The notes under the pieces are model-generated. The model was not told where the DNA came from. It saw nothing but the letters and a program-made list of their open reading frames with translations, and did not search any database. A program made the translations under genes and the position numbers. Shown here piece after piece: positions 9,680-22,200 of a stretch of DNA of 64,000 nt. How positions within the stretch are numbered: the first letter of the stretch is position 1; every line of letters begins with the position of its first letter. Source of the stretch: Vulcanimicrobiota bacterium (GTDB taxonomy: Bacteria; Vulcanimicrobiota; Vulcanimicrobiia; Vulcanimicrobiales; Vulcanimicrobiaceae); assembly GCA_963777315.1 (NCBI GenBank), contig CAVZQC010000006.1:1-64000 (forward strand), read 5' to 3'.

Positions 9680-11543
9680 AGTATGCCATTCCTGAGTCAG
9701 CCATCGTGGGAACCAGCGTTGCTCGGTCGAGCAGGCGGTTGTTGCTCTCGCAACTTGTTTCCGGCACGAAGAGGCAACTGTGGCACGCGGCGGCGTGTTG
9801 TGTCCCATCTTCAACCGAAGGTTTATGCTCAGCGCATAATGGATCAGACGTGCAGAGATCGGCGCGTCGGATCGCGGCATCGAGAACGCGACCAACCGTC
9901 TCTTGCTTTGCCATCTGCACCAAACCGCCAAGCGTGCCTTCGGAGTCTGCCGCTGCCGTGTATATCAGGATGCCGGCCATGGGTTCATCGCCCTTAGCGC
10001 CGTCGTTGCAGTAGATGCGCTCACGCAACGAAGCCGCGTTGTATCCGCACTCGAGCGACAGTTCGTTGATGAGCAGATGTGCCAACGAGTGCAGGACCAC
10101 GTAGCGCGTGCCGGGCCATCCGGCCTCGCCGTTACGGGCGACGACACGCGACCGGATCTTCTTGATACGATCGTCGTTTTCGGCTTGTTGCTCCCATGCG
10201 GCAATGCGCTGCTCGGGCAGACGTACGAAGATGCCTTCGCCGCGCGTGTCATTAGCCGGGACCCAGGTCGGGTTTTCCGTACTGAGGGCAACGCGTCGCA
10301 CGTGACTTTCGTCTTCGCCAAAACCCGAATCAGGCGGCTCCACTCGAGCGAACCCGATCAGCGCACTGGTCTCACGCAAACGGGTAGCTGCAACAACTTG
10401 AGCGATGTCCTGCTGGTACTTCTTGGGCACCCCGGCATCCTCAATCGTAAAATCTATCGTATCCGGCGCACCTGCAGGATCGATGAACCGTTCCCACTCG
10501 GGCGCCTTCAGATCGCTCTGCTGCGATTCTTGCGGATCTTTAGGATTTCTGCGGCGTTCAACCGCGTCCCATAATTCGGCCTGGTCAAAACTAGCGAGAT
10601 GCGCGATATTAGCGTTGAATTTAAGCGCGAATCCGAGCGAGGTTACATCGTTGATATCGGGGTTCGCCAGATGATTCCACGCCGCTTCGACCGCATCGTC
10701 GAGCGGCGTTGAAGTGCTGGCGATGGGTAGCGCTAGTGCGCTGCGGGTGATGCCGAACCAGGTGTTCGATGCGCCGAGTAGCAAAGGCTCTGCGACGTGA
10801 TCGCACGACTCAAATCTGCGCAGGTGCGGATGTCGTCCGCGGCACTGAGGACCCTCTTCGACGTTGCGATTGAATGCGGTCGCAATCATGCGAGATTGTT
10901 CGCAGGCGTTGCATCTGACGAAGATTTCCGTGGAACGCGTACCGCTGCCGGCTTCAATAAGCGACAGGGTCCCCTGTCCGCCTTTCGGGCAGGCCTTATA
11001 GTCGTGCGCAAACTCTTGCCACGGAAATTCGTCCAGGTGCCCGTTGCGGCAGGCCATGACAAAGCGCGCTGGCACGGCGAGCGGTGATTTGCCATTCGGG
11101 TTGCAGTTCTTATGGATGTAGCGGGTCTTGTCGATCCGATACGCGTTTGACTCGAGACTAAAGAGTCCACCTTGAATCGTCGAGAGAACATTGCACTTCG
11201 TGCAGCGCAGCCATCGCGGAAACGAAATGACCGGAACGCCGATCCGCGCCCATTCATCCATCGGATTGTCCGTCTCTTCCATCCACGGCATCGCGGCGAG
11301 GTTTTGCACTTGCGGGCCGAGTTCGATTTGGACAGCATCCAATAAACGATCTTGTTCGATAAAAGCAATCGGGTCGCGCCATGACTGCAAGCCGGCGACG
11401 ATGACGGAAAAATTCGGTAGATCGACGAGAGCGCCGACACCGTACGTGTGCAGAATTTGACTGGGCCGAATTGCACCAACGCGCTTGGGATAGTTTCCTT
11501 TGCGATCAGTACCTGGACGCGGCTGAATGGCGGCGGTCGTCAT
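9666..11543 (-). CDS. drmB: DISARM DUF1998 protein DrmB
   Basis: RPSQILHTYGVGALVD, RFVMAC..GHLDEFPW, HSLAHLLI, GTLGGLV, CTSDPLC…AACHSC…ETSCE. Confidence 0.9.
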   Translation of the reverse strand: MTTAAIQPRPGTDRKGNYPKRVGAIRPSQILHTYGVGALVDLPNFSVIVAGLQSWRDPIAFIEQDRLLDAVQIELGPQVQNLAAMPWMEETDNPMDEWARIGVPVISFPRWLRCTKCNVLSTIQGGLFSLESNAYRIDKTRYIHKNCNPNGKSPLAVPARFVMACRNGHLDEFPWQEFAHDYKACPKGGQGTLSLIEAGSGTRSTEIFVRCNACEQSRMIATAFNRNVEEGPQCRGRHPHLRRFESCDHVAEPLLLGASNTWFGITRSALALPIASTSTPLDDAVEAAWNHLANPDINDVTSLGFALKFNANIAHLASFDQAELWDAVERRRNPKDPQESQQSDLKAPEWERFIDPAGAPDTIDFTIEDAGVPKKYQQDIAQVVAATRLRETSALIGFARVEPPDSGFGEDESHVRRVALSTENPTWVPANDTRGEGIFVRLPEQRIAAWEQQAENDDRIKKIRSRVVARNGEAGWPGTRYVVLHSLAHLLINELSLECGYNAASLRERIYCNDGAKGDEPMAGILIYTAAADSEGTLGGLVQMAKQETVGRVLDAAIRRADLCTSDPLCAEHKPSVEDGTQHAAACHSCLFVPETSCESNNRLLDRATLVPTMADSGMAYFARE

Positions 11544-14500
11544 AAGAGCGACTCCTGGAGTTCCGTTTCATCGGGATCATCAACGGTCGGCGCGCTATCA
11601 CCAGCGGTTGGGCTCTCTGCAACCGGTCTTAGGTTGTAAGAGTTTGCCTCGTCTGCGCTATCATCGGATTCTTGCAGGATCAAATTGATCGTGTGCTCGG
11701 TTTCACGCAACGAGTTGGGCGCGTTCCACACGCTCCACTCGTTAGGCAACGGCTGGATGAGCAGCGCGGCGGATGAACCCCGTTTGCCCTTGTAGGAAAT
11801 CGGTGCGCTATGCTTGAGCCCGTAGCGTTGTTTGTCCGCCCACAGGTCGAGTAGCACATCGATTTTGTCTGCAACTTCGTCGGCTACCGCAGGATTCGGC
11901 TCGACGCGCTTGATGCGCTCGACGATCCAGTCCAACTCTTTGCGTAAGGCAGGATCGGTGACCGGCGCTCGCTGCGCGGCTGGCTCCGGGTTCATGTTCA
12001 CGCCAGCACTACGATGCGCCGCCTCGTGCCGAATCAGGGCTACAACGACAGCCGTAAGACCACGATCGATTGCGCGTCGCGAGAACGGCGTCACTGAGAG
12101 CGCTTCAACTTGGCGGTAGAATGTTGCGTGATCGTGTTCAAATCGCTCGTAGTGCGAGAGGTCGCGCGGACGCGACCAGTTGTACAGGGTAAAGACGATG
12201 CCGGGCATCTTCAGTTCACGGCCGACGCGGCTCGTCGCCTGAATGTACTCTGCCGTGGATTTGGGTTGTCCAACGACGAGCATAAGGCCAAGGCGTGAGA
12301 CGTCAACGCCCACAGAGATCATATTGGTGGCGAGCACGACGTCGAGCGGTCCGGTCGTGCTCGAGCCGCGAACGCCCCACGTGTGCGGCAGCGCCAGCCG
12401 ATCCAGCATCTCCGGAATATCATCTGAACGCATCCGGCTGGTCAGTTCGCCCATGACGATCGCTCGTGAGCGTTTGCCAAGTCCGCGCTGCGCGGCTTTG
12501 CCGATACGCTCGCGGACATCGATCGTCAATCATGCGTCGCATACCGGCCAGCTCGCGCAGCGCGCTGAAGTAACCAACGAGCGTCATGTAATGGTCTGCG
12601 GCCGAACCGTATTTGTCGAAGACCGCCTGCGCCGCGGCGAGAATCGAAATCGTGAGACGTGCTTCCGCCACTTTCAAGCGGAGCCCGCGCGCGCACACGC
12701 CGACGTAACGGCGCCCTGGTTTTTGTTCGCTCGGCGCCACTTGCTCGGCGAAGAAGTTATCGCTCGCGTCGAAGATCGCTGGCGGGAAGACACTCAGATC
12801 GCGCTGGAACAGTTTTTTGCCTTGGACAGACGCACGCCGGATCGTTGCGGTCGAGGCCACGACTTTGGGGCGAACAACTTCCCCGCCTATCGTCATTGAC
12901 GCGAGTTTGTCGATCGCAGTCTCGTACAGTCCTACCAACGTACCGAGCGGGCCGGAAATGAGATGCAGTTCGTCCTGAATGATGAGGTCCGGCGGGCGGA
13001 GACGATCGCATGGATCCGTCTTTGCGGCCGGGAGGCCATTGGAGGCCGGATGCGTCGGTTTCTCGTTGTGGTTACTTACGCCATCGAGATCGCGAGAACG
13101 GAAGCCGTGGCGAGAGCAACGTTCATAGGTACGCCCGAATAGCAGATGCAGCGCCCCGTTCCATGGCAGTTGCGCGAACTTATCAACCGTCGCGATGACG
13201 AACGAGGGCAACAGACGATAAATTTCCTCATCAATCGTGACGACTGGTATGCCTTCGCCGCCGGACTTGATTGGCGTGAAAGGACAATCACCGTATTGGT
13301 CCGAGCATTCGGTAATCGTGCGCCACAACTGCGCATGGACTTTTACGTTGCTGCCCGTCTGCAGCGCCGACCCACACCAGGGACATGCCGTCAACTTGAG
13401 CGGATCGGCTTGACCACCCGTAAAGCCCTCGCGTTGGCGGGCCGATTCAACTGCTTCGCGGCCGTCATTGGTCCAGTTTGGGGTGGTAGATGAACCAATC
13501 CAGAGTCCCAGACGGAACGGCGTTTCCCCCCAGCGCGGATCGCTCTTGACCCGTTCGCGGCGCAGATACTCGCATGCGCAGACGAGCGCCGCCGCACGTT
13601 GGAATTGCTGCGAGGTGAGCAGACGCAACGTGTAGCGCATGAGAACAGCAACGCCTTCACTGCCGTCTAAGTTACCATCATCGCCTACGATCTTGCCTTG
13701 AAGTCGACGAATCGCAAATGTGTATGCGACGAGGCCAAGGTAGGCTTCCGTTTTGCCGCCGCCGGTTGGGAAGAACAGCAAATCAACGAGCGCTGTCTCA
13801 CCAACGCGATCGCGATAACGAGGATCCGTAAGAGAGGGGAGGGTGAGGCATACGAACGCAAGTTGGAACAAACGCCACGACCGATTCTTCGAGATGTCTA
13901 CTTCGCGAACGGCGTCCGCGAGTGAAAGGTCGCGGCCTTCCTTCGATTTTACTGTCTTCTGATGCCCAATCGCTACTTGCTGGATGCGCTGCTTCCACAT
14001 CGCCTCGTTTGCAAAGCGGAATGCTTCAGCCGCATCTTTATCGCGGCCTAGCAGCGCGATGCCGGCTTCGATGCGGTCCGCAATAGTACGAGCATCGATA
14101 AGGGCTTGCTGCGCCGCATCGTTGTGATCGGAAAGTCGTTCAGCCGCGTCGGCGCTGCGACGCCCTTGCTTGTCGAGCCAATCGCGGTATGCCGTAACGA
14201 TCGGCATGAGCAAGCCGGCAAAGTCGTCGTTCTTCGCTTCAGTCAGCACCTTCATGTCGAGTTTCAAGTCTGCAAGGAGCGGATTTTTCTCGACGGATGG
14301 CTGCTCGGTACGCGGCACCTCGAACGTCGGTACATTATGTGTGACAAGGCGAACCGCGCACGTCGGATCTGAAGTATCCACTTCTGCATGGACTGCAGCG
14401 CCGTGGCCAGCGGCGAAGTCGACGACGCTGCGGTAGAGCATCGCGAGTTGCGCAAGTTCTCCGTCTGTCTCTTCGAGCGACTCCTTCACGTCGTCGCGTG

Positions 14501-15230
14501 CACGGAAGATCGCCTTGCCTTCGGGATCGGTAACCGCCAAGTACGGCTGAAACAGCCACTGCTGATCGGCGTTCTCTCTCTGGGACGGCTGATCGTTCAC
14601 GAGGAACAGCGTGACTAGCCAGCATTTCTTGTACCGGCGAGCACGGCCGCGAATTTTGACCAGTGGAAACGCCATGACTGATATCTGCTCATCGAGGTCG
14701 CCGTCCTTCAGCGCGATTTTCACTGTACCCCTTTGCGGATATCGCTGCCAGACACGTAGCGTTTCTTTTTCAAGATCCTTTTTCGTGAAAAAGAACCCTT
14801 CGCGGCCCTCAAGTTCAATCCGCGACCGCTTCTCTTTTTTGTATTGCCCCCACTCAGCGCAAACTTCGATTCGGGTTACGTTCTCGTCAACGACGAAACT
14901 CAAGCCGATCGATGACGGGAAATAGCCTACCGTTGCGACGCGGTCGCTGCTTGCTCCATCGCCTGCCGTTTCATCATCAGCATTGCCGGAGTCGTCGGTA
15001 TGGCTGGGCTTAACCCGAACGTCAGACGGCGCGAGCATACCAACAAGATAGCGATCGTGCGGAATCGGCGTCGCCGGCAGTATCTCGTCCGGCCCAAATG
15101 CGGGACCATGGATGTCGCCAACGACCAGTTGCTGGAACTCCTCGCGGATCTGCCACGGCGATGCGGTCGCGAAGACTTTGGGGGGAGGGGACGGGGTTAC
15201 GAGGCGCTTTGTTGATATTTTGTTACGCAT
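11540..15230 (-). CDS. drmA: DISARM SF2 helicase DrmA; frameshift near 12520
   Basis: FPTGGGKTEAY, MRYTLRLLT, TVDKFA, QDELH; C-term ATNMISVGVD, QATSRVGR in the second frame. Confidence 0.9.
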
Positions 15231-15235
15231 GTCTC

Positions 15236-18200
15236 TCAGTACAGGGCCATTTGCTTATCGTTAACCGGCGCAGACGCTTTTTTTGCATGTTTCGTCTTTC
15301 CGGAACTGGCCGCAATAGCCGCAACAGCGCCATCGGCGGTTTCTTCACGGTGGCGAGCGTGATTGAGTTCCAAGAGGCGATCCAACACTTCGTTTCGGGC
15401 GGTATCACAAAATGTCCAACGCACACCTTCATCAGTAGGATAATATCCGTGCTTGAGATCGATATCTTCCCATCCATAACAGGCGATGATCTCTAGATCC
15501 ATTGCCGTGTGTAACTCCCGTAATTGCACAACTAAGGTCTCCTGGCTGCGCGGATCGCTTACGCGATTGTAGACATCGGTCAGGCCGATGCAGGCCTGTT
15601 CCATCAACGCTTTGCGCTTCAATTCGATTTCACGCATGTACGGCTCAACGCTATCGGCATTCAATGGAAATGGGAAGGTCTCGAAACAATCACTTGGCGC
15701 ATATCTAGTGACTGTACCAAGGGTGCTCGTGTACGCACGCACCCACACATGATGAACGGTTGAAGACAGAATTCCAAGGGAAGCGAAATCGCCTTTCGCT
15801 ATGACGCAAACGCCATGCGAGTACACAAGATTATTTGGATAGAACATCGGTATAGCTATTTTGCTGTGAATCGGCATTACAATAATGTTATCAAACGATG
15901 CAATCGCATTACGCAGTTCCGGGCGAGTGCGCATTAATCGCCACCAGTATTGCTTCCCATAAGCATCCTTGATGTTGTCGCGCTGTGGTTTCACACGCTC
16001 GCGCACGATTTTCATGCATTCCTTGTAAGTTTCGGCGCGCTCAAGAGACCAATCGTGGAAGTTAATAATCCACCGGCTAGCCGATCCGTCTGGACGAGAA
16101 CAAATGTCTTCTGCCGTGAGGTATGGGAACAATACGTCTGCGTTGGACGAATTTCGCGCGATTAGCGCTTGAGCGTCTTCGGGTTCCAACAAAAAGCCCG
16201 TCCCCAACGCATACATTCCGTTATACGCGATTCCGGAGTTGGCTGCGAGCCGAACCGGTTTGCCCTCGACGCGACGTGATTCAGCCAGGTATGTCGAAAT
16301 ATCGGCGACCGTTACCCCATCAAGATTTTTTCGTTGCAGTCCCGGTTCAGATGCAGCCCAGACCTGTGCAATATGCACGCCTGCAACTCCCGGCCATGGA
16401 CGACTTTTCACCGCGCGGACGATACGCCAACCTCGAGCAGATATTTCATCAAGAGCGATCTCCCGCGTGTCGCCCTGCGCAATTGTGTCAGCGGCTAAGA
16501 ACGCTAGGTTCTTGCCGATATCGGCACCGCGCAAGAAGAAATATCCAACGAGATCCGCGTGCCCCTTACGGCCGTCCGCCAGCGTAGAAACAAGATACTC
16601 GCGAAAGTCCGTCCCAAACGCCCCGCTGATTTTCTTGCCGCCCATGAAGGGTGGATTTCCAATAAGCGCATCGAATCCACGTTCCTCGCGTTCGAACACC
16701 TCTGGAAATGCAAGTGGCCAATGCATCGTAATGCGAGGTGGACTGCCATTCTTTGCGCCTGAGTTTAAAAATTGTTGTGCAAGTGAGCGCAACGGTTCTA
16801 GCGAACCGTTCAGATTCTTCTCACCGTTCGAGTGTTGAAGCGCCCCTTGAATTTTCAGCGCGACACTGCGAAAAGCCGCGTCACGTTGCTTTTCACTTTG
16901 CGTAGAGGTTGATAGTGCTGTACCAACTACCATATCAGCAACCACGTTTACCGCGTCGAGCATTTCGGATGCCTCATCGTTTAGGCGCTGTTTCGCTTCC
17001 GCGTCACGAACACTAATATTCGGCAAGGATTCTAGTTGTCGCCGCAGAGTGGCAGCACGTTCCACGATGGGCTTGGCCACCGCCGCTACATTAAAAAGCA
17101 ATGCTTCGTTTATTGCTTTGCCGATAGCGGGGTTTATGTGCGCGTAGAGCACTTGCTCAAGCGATGTGATGCCGAGGAGAGAATCGCCCTCACGTATCGA
17201 GTGGTCAAGGAAACTAAACGGTCGCTCCCGCGCCATCGTGATGAGCCAGAGCGACAGCTTTGCCATTTCGACAGCCATGGAATCACGATCAACGCCATAC
17301 AGACAGCGGTCGACCACGGCACGCCTGGCGTCAAGGGTCAAATCATCTCGGCTGGTGTTTTCGAGCTGCGGCTCCTTGGCGATCCATGCCTCCACAATAC
17401 GGTCAGCAAGATAACGACACGCCGAAACGAGGAACGCTCCAGAACCGACGGCCGGATCGCAGATCTTAAGATCGAGAAGTTCCTTGGACGAACGAAGTTT
17501 CCACTTATCCGGTTCAACGCCATCACGAGGCCCAGGCGAATAGACGAGGGGCTCGAGCTCGTATTGAACCATCTCCTCAGCGAGTTCGCGCGGTGTATAT
17601 TCAGTACCGGAGTCGCGACGCGCACGCGTCTGCTTAACCACCAGCGAGCCGGTATTGAAGATAACCGGAAGCCCGTGTAGGTCCTTGCGCAGCGCGTAAA
17701 CGAACGGTCCGACGCGGGTTGCTAGATCGCGCTTGTTATCGCAGGCAGTATTGAGCAGGCGGAGCATTTCGGCGTCTTTGCCGCTCACAACATCTTGGCT
17801 AGCAGCCAGCATCTTCTCGATCGCGCCTTCACTGCGCTTGGTCTTTTCGGCAAGAAACGCGATAACGTGCTTGCGTCCTTTAGTAGCGGCGCTTTCCACG
17901 TCTGCTAGCGGAATCTCGGCTTCGTCACCGCTCTTGCCGACCAGGCCGAGATAAACATCATCTACGCGCTCGACTCCATGATCGAGCAGTCCCTCGTAGA
18001 CGTGCCCAATCTGCTCAACGTCGAGCGAGCGGAACGAAAGTTTGCGGCGTTCCCTGGAGCCGTTTTCGCGGATCGGTAGTGTCTGGATTGCTTCCAAGAT
18101 CGCGCGGACGGTAAGGTCGTCCACAAACAACGGCGTGCTCGCCGCATCATTCCACTTCTGCTTCTCAGTTCGACCTTCCAAAAACGGAAAACGGTCTGGA

Positions 18201-19270
18201 TCGAAGAGTCTGCCACCGTAGGGCGGCAGGCGCAGACGATCGTGATTAAGTCCAGCGTAGATGACGCGGAAGGTCGCGAGTAATCTATTCCATGCTGCGC
18301 TGCGACGCTCCAGTGGCTCGTCGCCTTCTATGGCCGCTTGTTCATCGAGTTGCTCACGCAACGTCGAAGCCGCATAGTAATCTGCGTAGAGCGGCTCGCT
18401 CAACGGCAGCAGATCCCGTTCTTCGGCGTAGAGGAGAAACACAAGGCGCATCATTACCGTGGCCGCGGCCTCGTACACGCGTTTCGGCGGAATGCCGGCG
18501 AGCAACTTGCTGTCACGCTCGAGATTGGCTTTGGAGATGGCGTCGACGAGTAACTCGACAGCCTGCCGCACCTGGAAGCCAAGTTGGCTTGTAACTTCGC
18601 TCTGGAATTTTTCGGAAGCCTCGAACAGGGCTTCGATCTGCGCGTCTTCTTGAACGGCAAAGAAGCGAGAAGCGCGCAGAAGGCTGGTGAAACTTTGCAA
18701 CAGTCCGCGTTCACGGCTCTCAAGGAAGAGTGAGGTATCCCAGGTTGCATGCCCGCCGGCGCCGGCGCTGGGCACCCACACGAGCACGATGCGTTGGCCA
18801 TCGGTCACGATTCCGAGGCGCACTTGATGCGCTTTGCAGAGTTCTTTTACGCGATCGATCGGCGAGGTGTTCCAGCGGTCGCCTTTGATCCGTTCATCCA
18901 GCGCAGTCCCGTGCGGATAGCGCATCAGCAGCACGCGCAGCGCTTCCTTGAACAGAGCGCCGTCGGCACGCAACACAACGCCGTATTCTGGAATCGCATC
19001 GGTGTATTGGGCAACATCCTCGCCCGTTCGGTAGTACGGCCCCCACTCGAGCACGTCGCGCAGCAGCCAGTCGATCCAGGTATTCCAGTGTTCTTGCTTT
19101 GGCGTCTCGGCTTTCGGATAACGCTTGCGTAGGGCGTCGCGAACTTTATCCTTTGTAGAATCGAGACCGCTCGGAAACGCTTGGCGCACGACCGGCAGCG
19201 TGAGGAATTGGCCTTCGGGTTCAACGAGGCGCAGCCAATCGGCGTGAATATCGATTGATTGGCGGCTCAC
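15236..19270 (-). CDS. drmMI: DISARM adenine methyltransferase DrmMI (type IIG/Eco57I-like)
   Basis: YTPREL, ICDPAVGSGAF (SAM motif), GNPPF (catalytic), C-terminal TRD; position in the operon. Confidence 0.85.
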   Translation of the reverse strand: MSRQSIDIHADWLRLVEPEGQFLTLPVVRQAFPSGLDSTKDKVRDALRKRYPKAETPKQEHWNTWIDWLLRDVLEWGPYYRTGEDVAQYTDAIPEYGVVLRADGALFKEALRVLLMRYPHGTALDERIKGDRWNTSPIDRVKELCKAHQVRLGIVTDGQRIVLVWVPSAGAGGHATWDTSLFLESRERGLLQSFTSLLRASRFFAVQEDAQIEALFEASEKFQSEVTSQLGFQVRQAVELLVDAISKANLERDSKLLAGIPPKRVYEAAATVMMRLVFLLYAEERDLLPLSEPLYADYYAASTLREQLDEQAAIEGDEPLERRSAAWNRLLATFRVIYAGLNHDRLRLPPYGGRLFDPDRFPFLEGRTEKQKWNDAASTPLFVDDLTVRAILEAIQTLPIRENGSRERRKLSFRSLDVEQIGHVYEGLLDHGVERVDDVYLGLVGKSGDEAEIPLADVESAATKGRKHVIAFLAEKTKRSEGAIEKMLAASQDVVSGKDAEMLRLLNTACDNKRDLATRVGPFVYALRKDLHGLPVIFNTGSLVVKQTRARRDSGTEYTPRELAEEMVQYELEPLVYSPGPRDGVEPDKWKLRSSKELLDLKICDPAVGSGAFLVSACRYLADRIVEAWIAKEPQLENTSRDDLTLDARRAVVDRCLYGVDRDSMAVEMAKLSLWLITMARERPFSFLDHSIREGDSLLGITSLEQVLYAHINPAIGKAINEALLFNVAAVAKPIVERAATLRRQLESLPNISVRDAEAKQRLNDEASEMLDAVNVVADMVVGTALSTSTQSEKQRDAAFRSVALKIQGALQHSNGEKNLNGSLEPLRSLAQQFLNSGAKNGSPPRITMHWPLAFPEVFEREERGFDALIGNPPFMGGKKISGAFGTDFREYLVSTLADGRKGHADLVGYFFLRGADIGKNLAFLAADTIAQGDTREIALDEISARGWRIVRAVKSRPWPGVAGVHIAQVWAASEPGLQRKNLDGVTVADISTYLAESRRVEGKPVRLAANSGIAYNGMYALGTGFLLEPEDAQALIARNSSNADVLFPYLTAEDICSRPDGSASRWIINFHDWSLERAETYKECMKIVRERVKPQRDNIKDAYGKQYWWRLMRTRPELRNAIASFDNIIVMPIHSKIAIPMFYPNNLVYSHGVCVIAKGDFASLGILSSTVHHVWVRAYTSTLGTVTRYAPSDCFETFPFPLNADSVEPYMREIELKRKALMEQACIGLTDVYNRVSDPRSQETLVVQLRELHTAMDLEIIACYGWEDIDLKHGYYPTDEGVRWTFCDTARNEVLDRLLELNHARHREETADGAVAAIAASSGKTKHAKKASAPVNDKQMALY

Positions 19271-22200
19271 GCGCGGTTCCTCTCGAACAGTCCAAGCGAC
19301 TTAGTTGCGTAGCGCTTCGGTACTAACACCATAATAGCAGCAGGGAAGACCGCCTGTTCCGGCTTCGCAAAGCGGCGGCGCAAACGTTCCGCATCGCGCT
19401 CGATTTCCTCGGGTATTTCATCCAAACGTCGGCGCAATGCGTCGATATCACGATTCACCTGCGCGCGCTCGCGTTCGTTCTCGACGTCAAACATACTCAA
19501 CTGCTCCGCCGTATCGCTTTCGACTTCCGCCAATTCGCGTTTGATAGAATCGCGCAATTGCAGCATGACGGTTCGCAGTGATTCAATCTCAGTTTCTTTG
19601 CGCTCGTCCAGTAAGCGCGCGACACCACTGCGCAGCTCCTGGGCACGCGCCCGCACGGCATCGTATACGGGTTCCGTAAGCCGATCCCAGCAGGCGGCAA
19701 TCTCATCCTGGTGATGCTGCGGAATTAGTCCGTTGCCGCGTGCGGCGAGAGTGGCTTTCACTTCGCCGACGTTGAGGCGTCCAAAACCGCGGGCTCCGCC
19801 TAGCCGTCCGCCGGCGGAGAATATCTGCTCGTGCAGGCGATACCCGTCGCGCCCCATGACGACCAGACGCGATTCGATGATGATCGCAGGTTCGGCGAGG
19901 TCCGCATCGTTGACGAGTCGCCCGGTGAAGCGCGTAAGGTGCCCCTCGCCCTCGCGCGCCCAGATTTCAGCGCGGAGCAGCCGCATTGATTGCGCGACTA
20001 AACGCGAGCCGAGATGTGCGAGCACGACATCTTCTCGGCCGTTGATCACGCTATTGTCAAACGTAATCGGTAGACGTTCATTCGAATACGGATGATAGAG
20101 ATTAATGCAGGCGTTGGCCCAAGAGCGGGTTAGGTCGGGAACCTGATAGGCGACGATCTCTTTACTGCGTTTATTCTTCGCTGGCAGCGTTACCGGCTCG
20201 AGCGGGAACTGCCGCCCGAGTTCCAAGCCGACGTCCACGACATTCTTGATGGCCTGCGGGGAGATGCCGAGTTCTTCTTGAGACCCGAGCAGTCGCGTGT
20301 GCATCTCGTTCACGCGCTCGCGGAGTTTCAGTTCGGCCTTGAGCGCTGCGGTGCTGGCGGATTTCCCGGGAACGACCAGATCGAGATTGCCGTGGCGTCC
20401 GAGCATCTCTTTTTCGACCTCGCGCGCGAGCACGGCGCCCGCGCTCCCAAGATCGGTACGGATTTTGTCTACCTTTTTGGCGGCACGGAACAGGAACTCC
20501 AGATCACGTTCGAACGAATGCGCCTTCCCTTCAAAGTCCTTGCCGACGAAGTGATAGATGTAGACTTCGGCATTGGGCTGTCCGTGGCGATCGATACGCC
20601 CATTGCGCTGTTCCATACGATTCGGATTGAACGGAATCTCGACATGAATGAGGCGATGGCAGTGATTCTGTAGGTCGATGCCTTCGCTCGCGGTATCCGT
20701 TGCGAGCAAAATGCGCACCGGGTCCTTCGACGGGTCCACTTGAAACGCGGCCTTGACCTGCTCGCGTTCATCAGCATCCATACCGCCGTAGAGCAACTTA
20801 AGGCGATCCCCTGATAAGCCAGCGGCATCGAACAAGTTTTGAAGCCAGCGCTGCGTATCGCGATACTCGGTGAAGATGATGACGCGCTGGTCGGTCCACT
20901 GCGGCCTGCCATTGACCGTGGTGGGGCAGCACCATTCCTTGATCTGCGCGATCAGTGCGCGCGCTTTCTCGTCCGCGCGATCTCGCGCGCTGTGCGCCCA
21001 AGACTGCATGCGCTCGAGCAGTTTTTGCTGCTCTGGTGTGATGACGTCGCCGGCTTCAGCCATAAGCCGCAACGCTTCGAACGTCGCATCCTCGAACTGG
21101 TCATCGTCCTCAAAATTGGAATGGACCTGATCGTACAAGTCACGCAGGCGATCCGGGTCGCCACCGCTGCGGCCGCCGAGCGCTAGCGTCTCGATGTGGG
21201 CGTCAAGCGTCTGCGCAAATGCGGCTGGCGATGAGAAGAGACGCTTCTTTAAAAGAAGGGCGATAAGATCGGCGGCAACGGAATTGCGTTTGCTCGCTGA
21301 CTGCTTGCGGCGTAACTCCGTGTAGGCTGCGAGATCGGCATGCACCTGACGCTCATCTATCGGATAATCCACGACAATCTTCTCGATCTCGCGCTTGGGG
21401 AAGCGCGGCATGCCGTCCGGTCCGGGTCCAAGTTCCCGGATGTCTTCCTTCATACGGCGTACCACGGCGTTACGTAGTGCTACCGGGTCGGGCTTTACGC
21501 CACGCACGAAACGCTGGGGATCCAGCAGTTCGAGCAGCGTGGAGAACGAGTTCTCGTAGCCGTTGTGTGGTGTCGCAGACAAAAAGAGACGATGCTCCGA
21601 GTGGGGTCCGAGATAGCGCAACAACTCCGTGCGTTGCGAATCGGTCGCATATTTGCCGTTTCCGGCCGGAGCGCATTGATGGACCTCGTCTACGATCAGC
21701 AGATCGATCGTGCGCGGATACGAATTTCGGTCAGTCGGAAGAAAGTCGCGCAGTATACGCATCGGCCGCTCCATCTTCAGCCAGTCGAAACTTAGGATGA
21801 GGCGGGGAAAGTGCGCGAAGATGTTTGCCTTCACTCCCCGCTCGCGGCGCAACAACCGCACGGCCTCGGCGTTTACAATGCGAAACTCGAGCCCAAACTT
21901 GTCCCGCATCTCGGCCTGCCACTTGAGTGTCAGCCCGGGGGGACAGAGAATCATCACGTTGCGCGCGCGGTGCCGAAGTATCAATTCTTGCACGATGAGG
22001 CCCGCCTCGATCGTCTTACCGAGGCCGACGTCGTCGGCGATCATCAGGTTGACGCGCGCCATCTCCAGCGCACGGACGACCGGATCCAGTTGGTAATCTT
22101 CGATCGTGATGCCGGAACGGAATGGGGCTTGCAGCGCTTGCGAATCGGCGGAGGTGACGGCGCCCCAGCGCACCGCATCCAAAAACGTCTTCAGTCTTGC

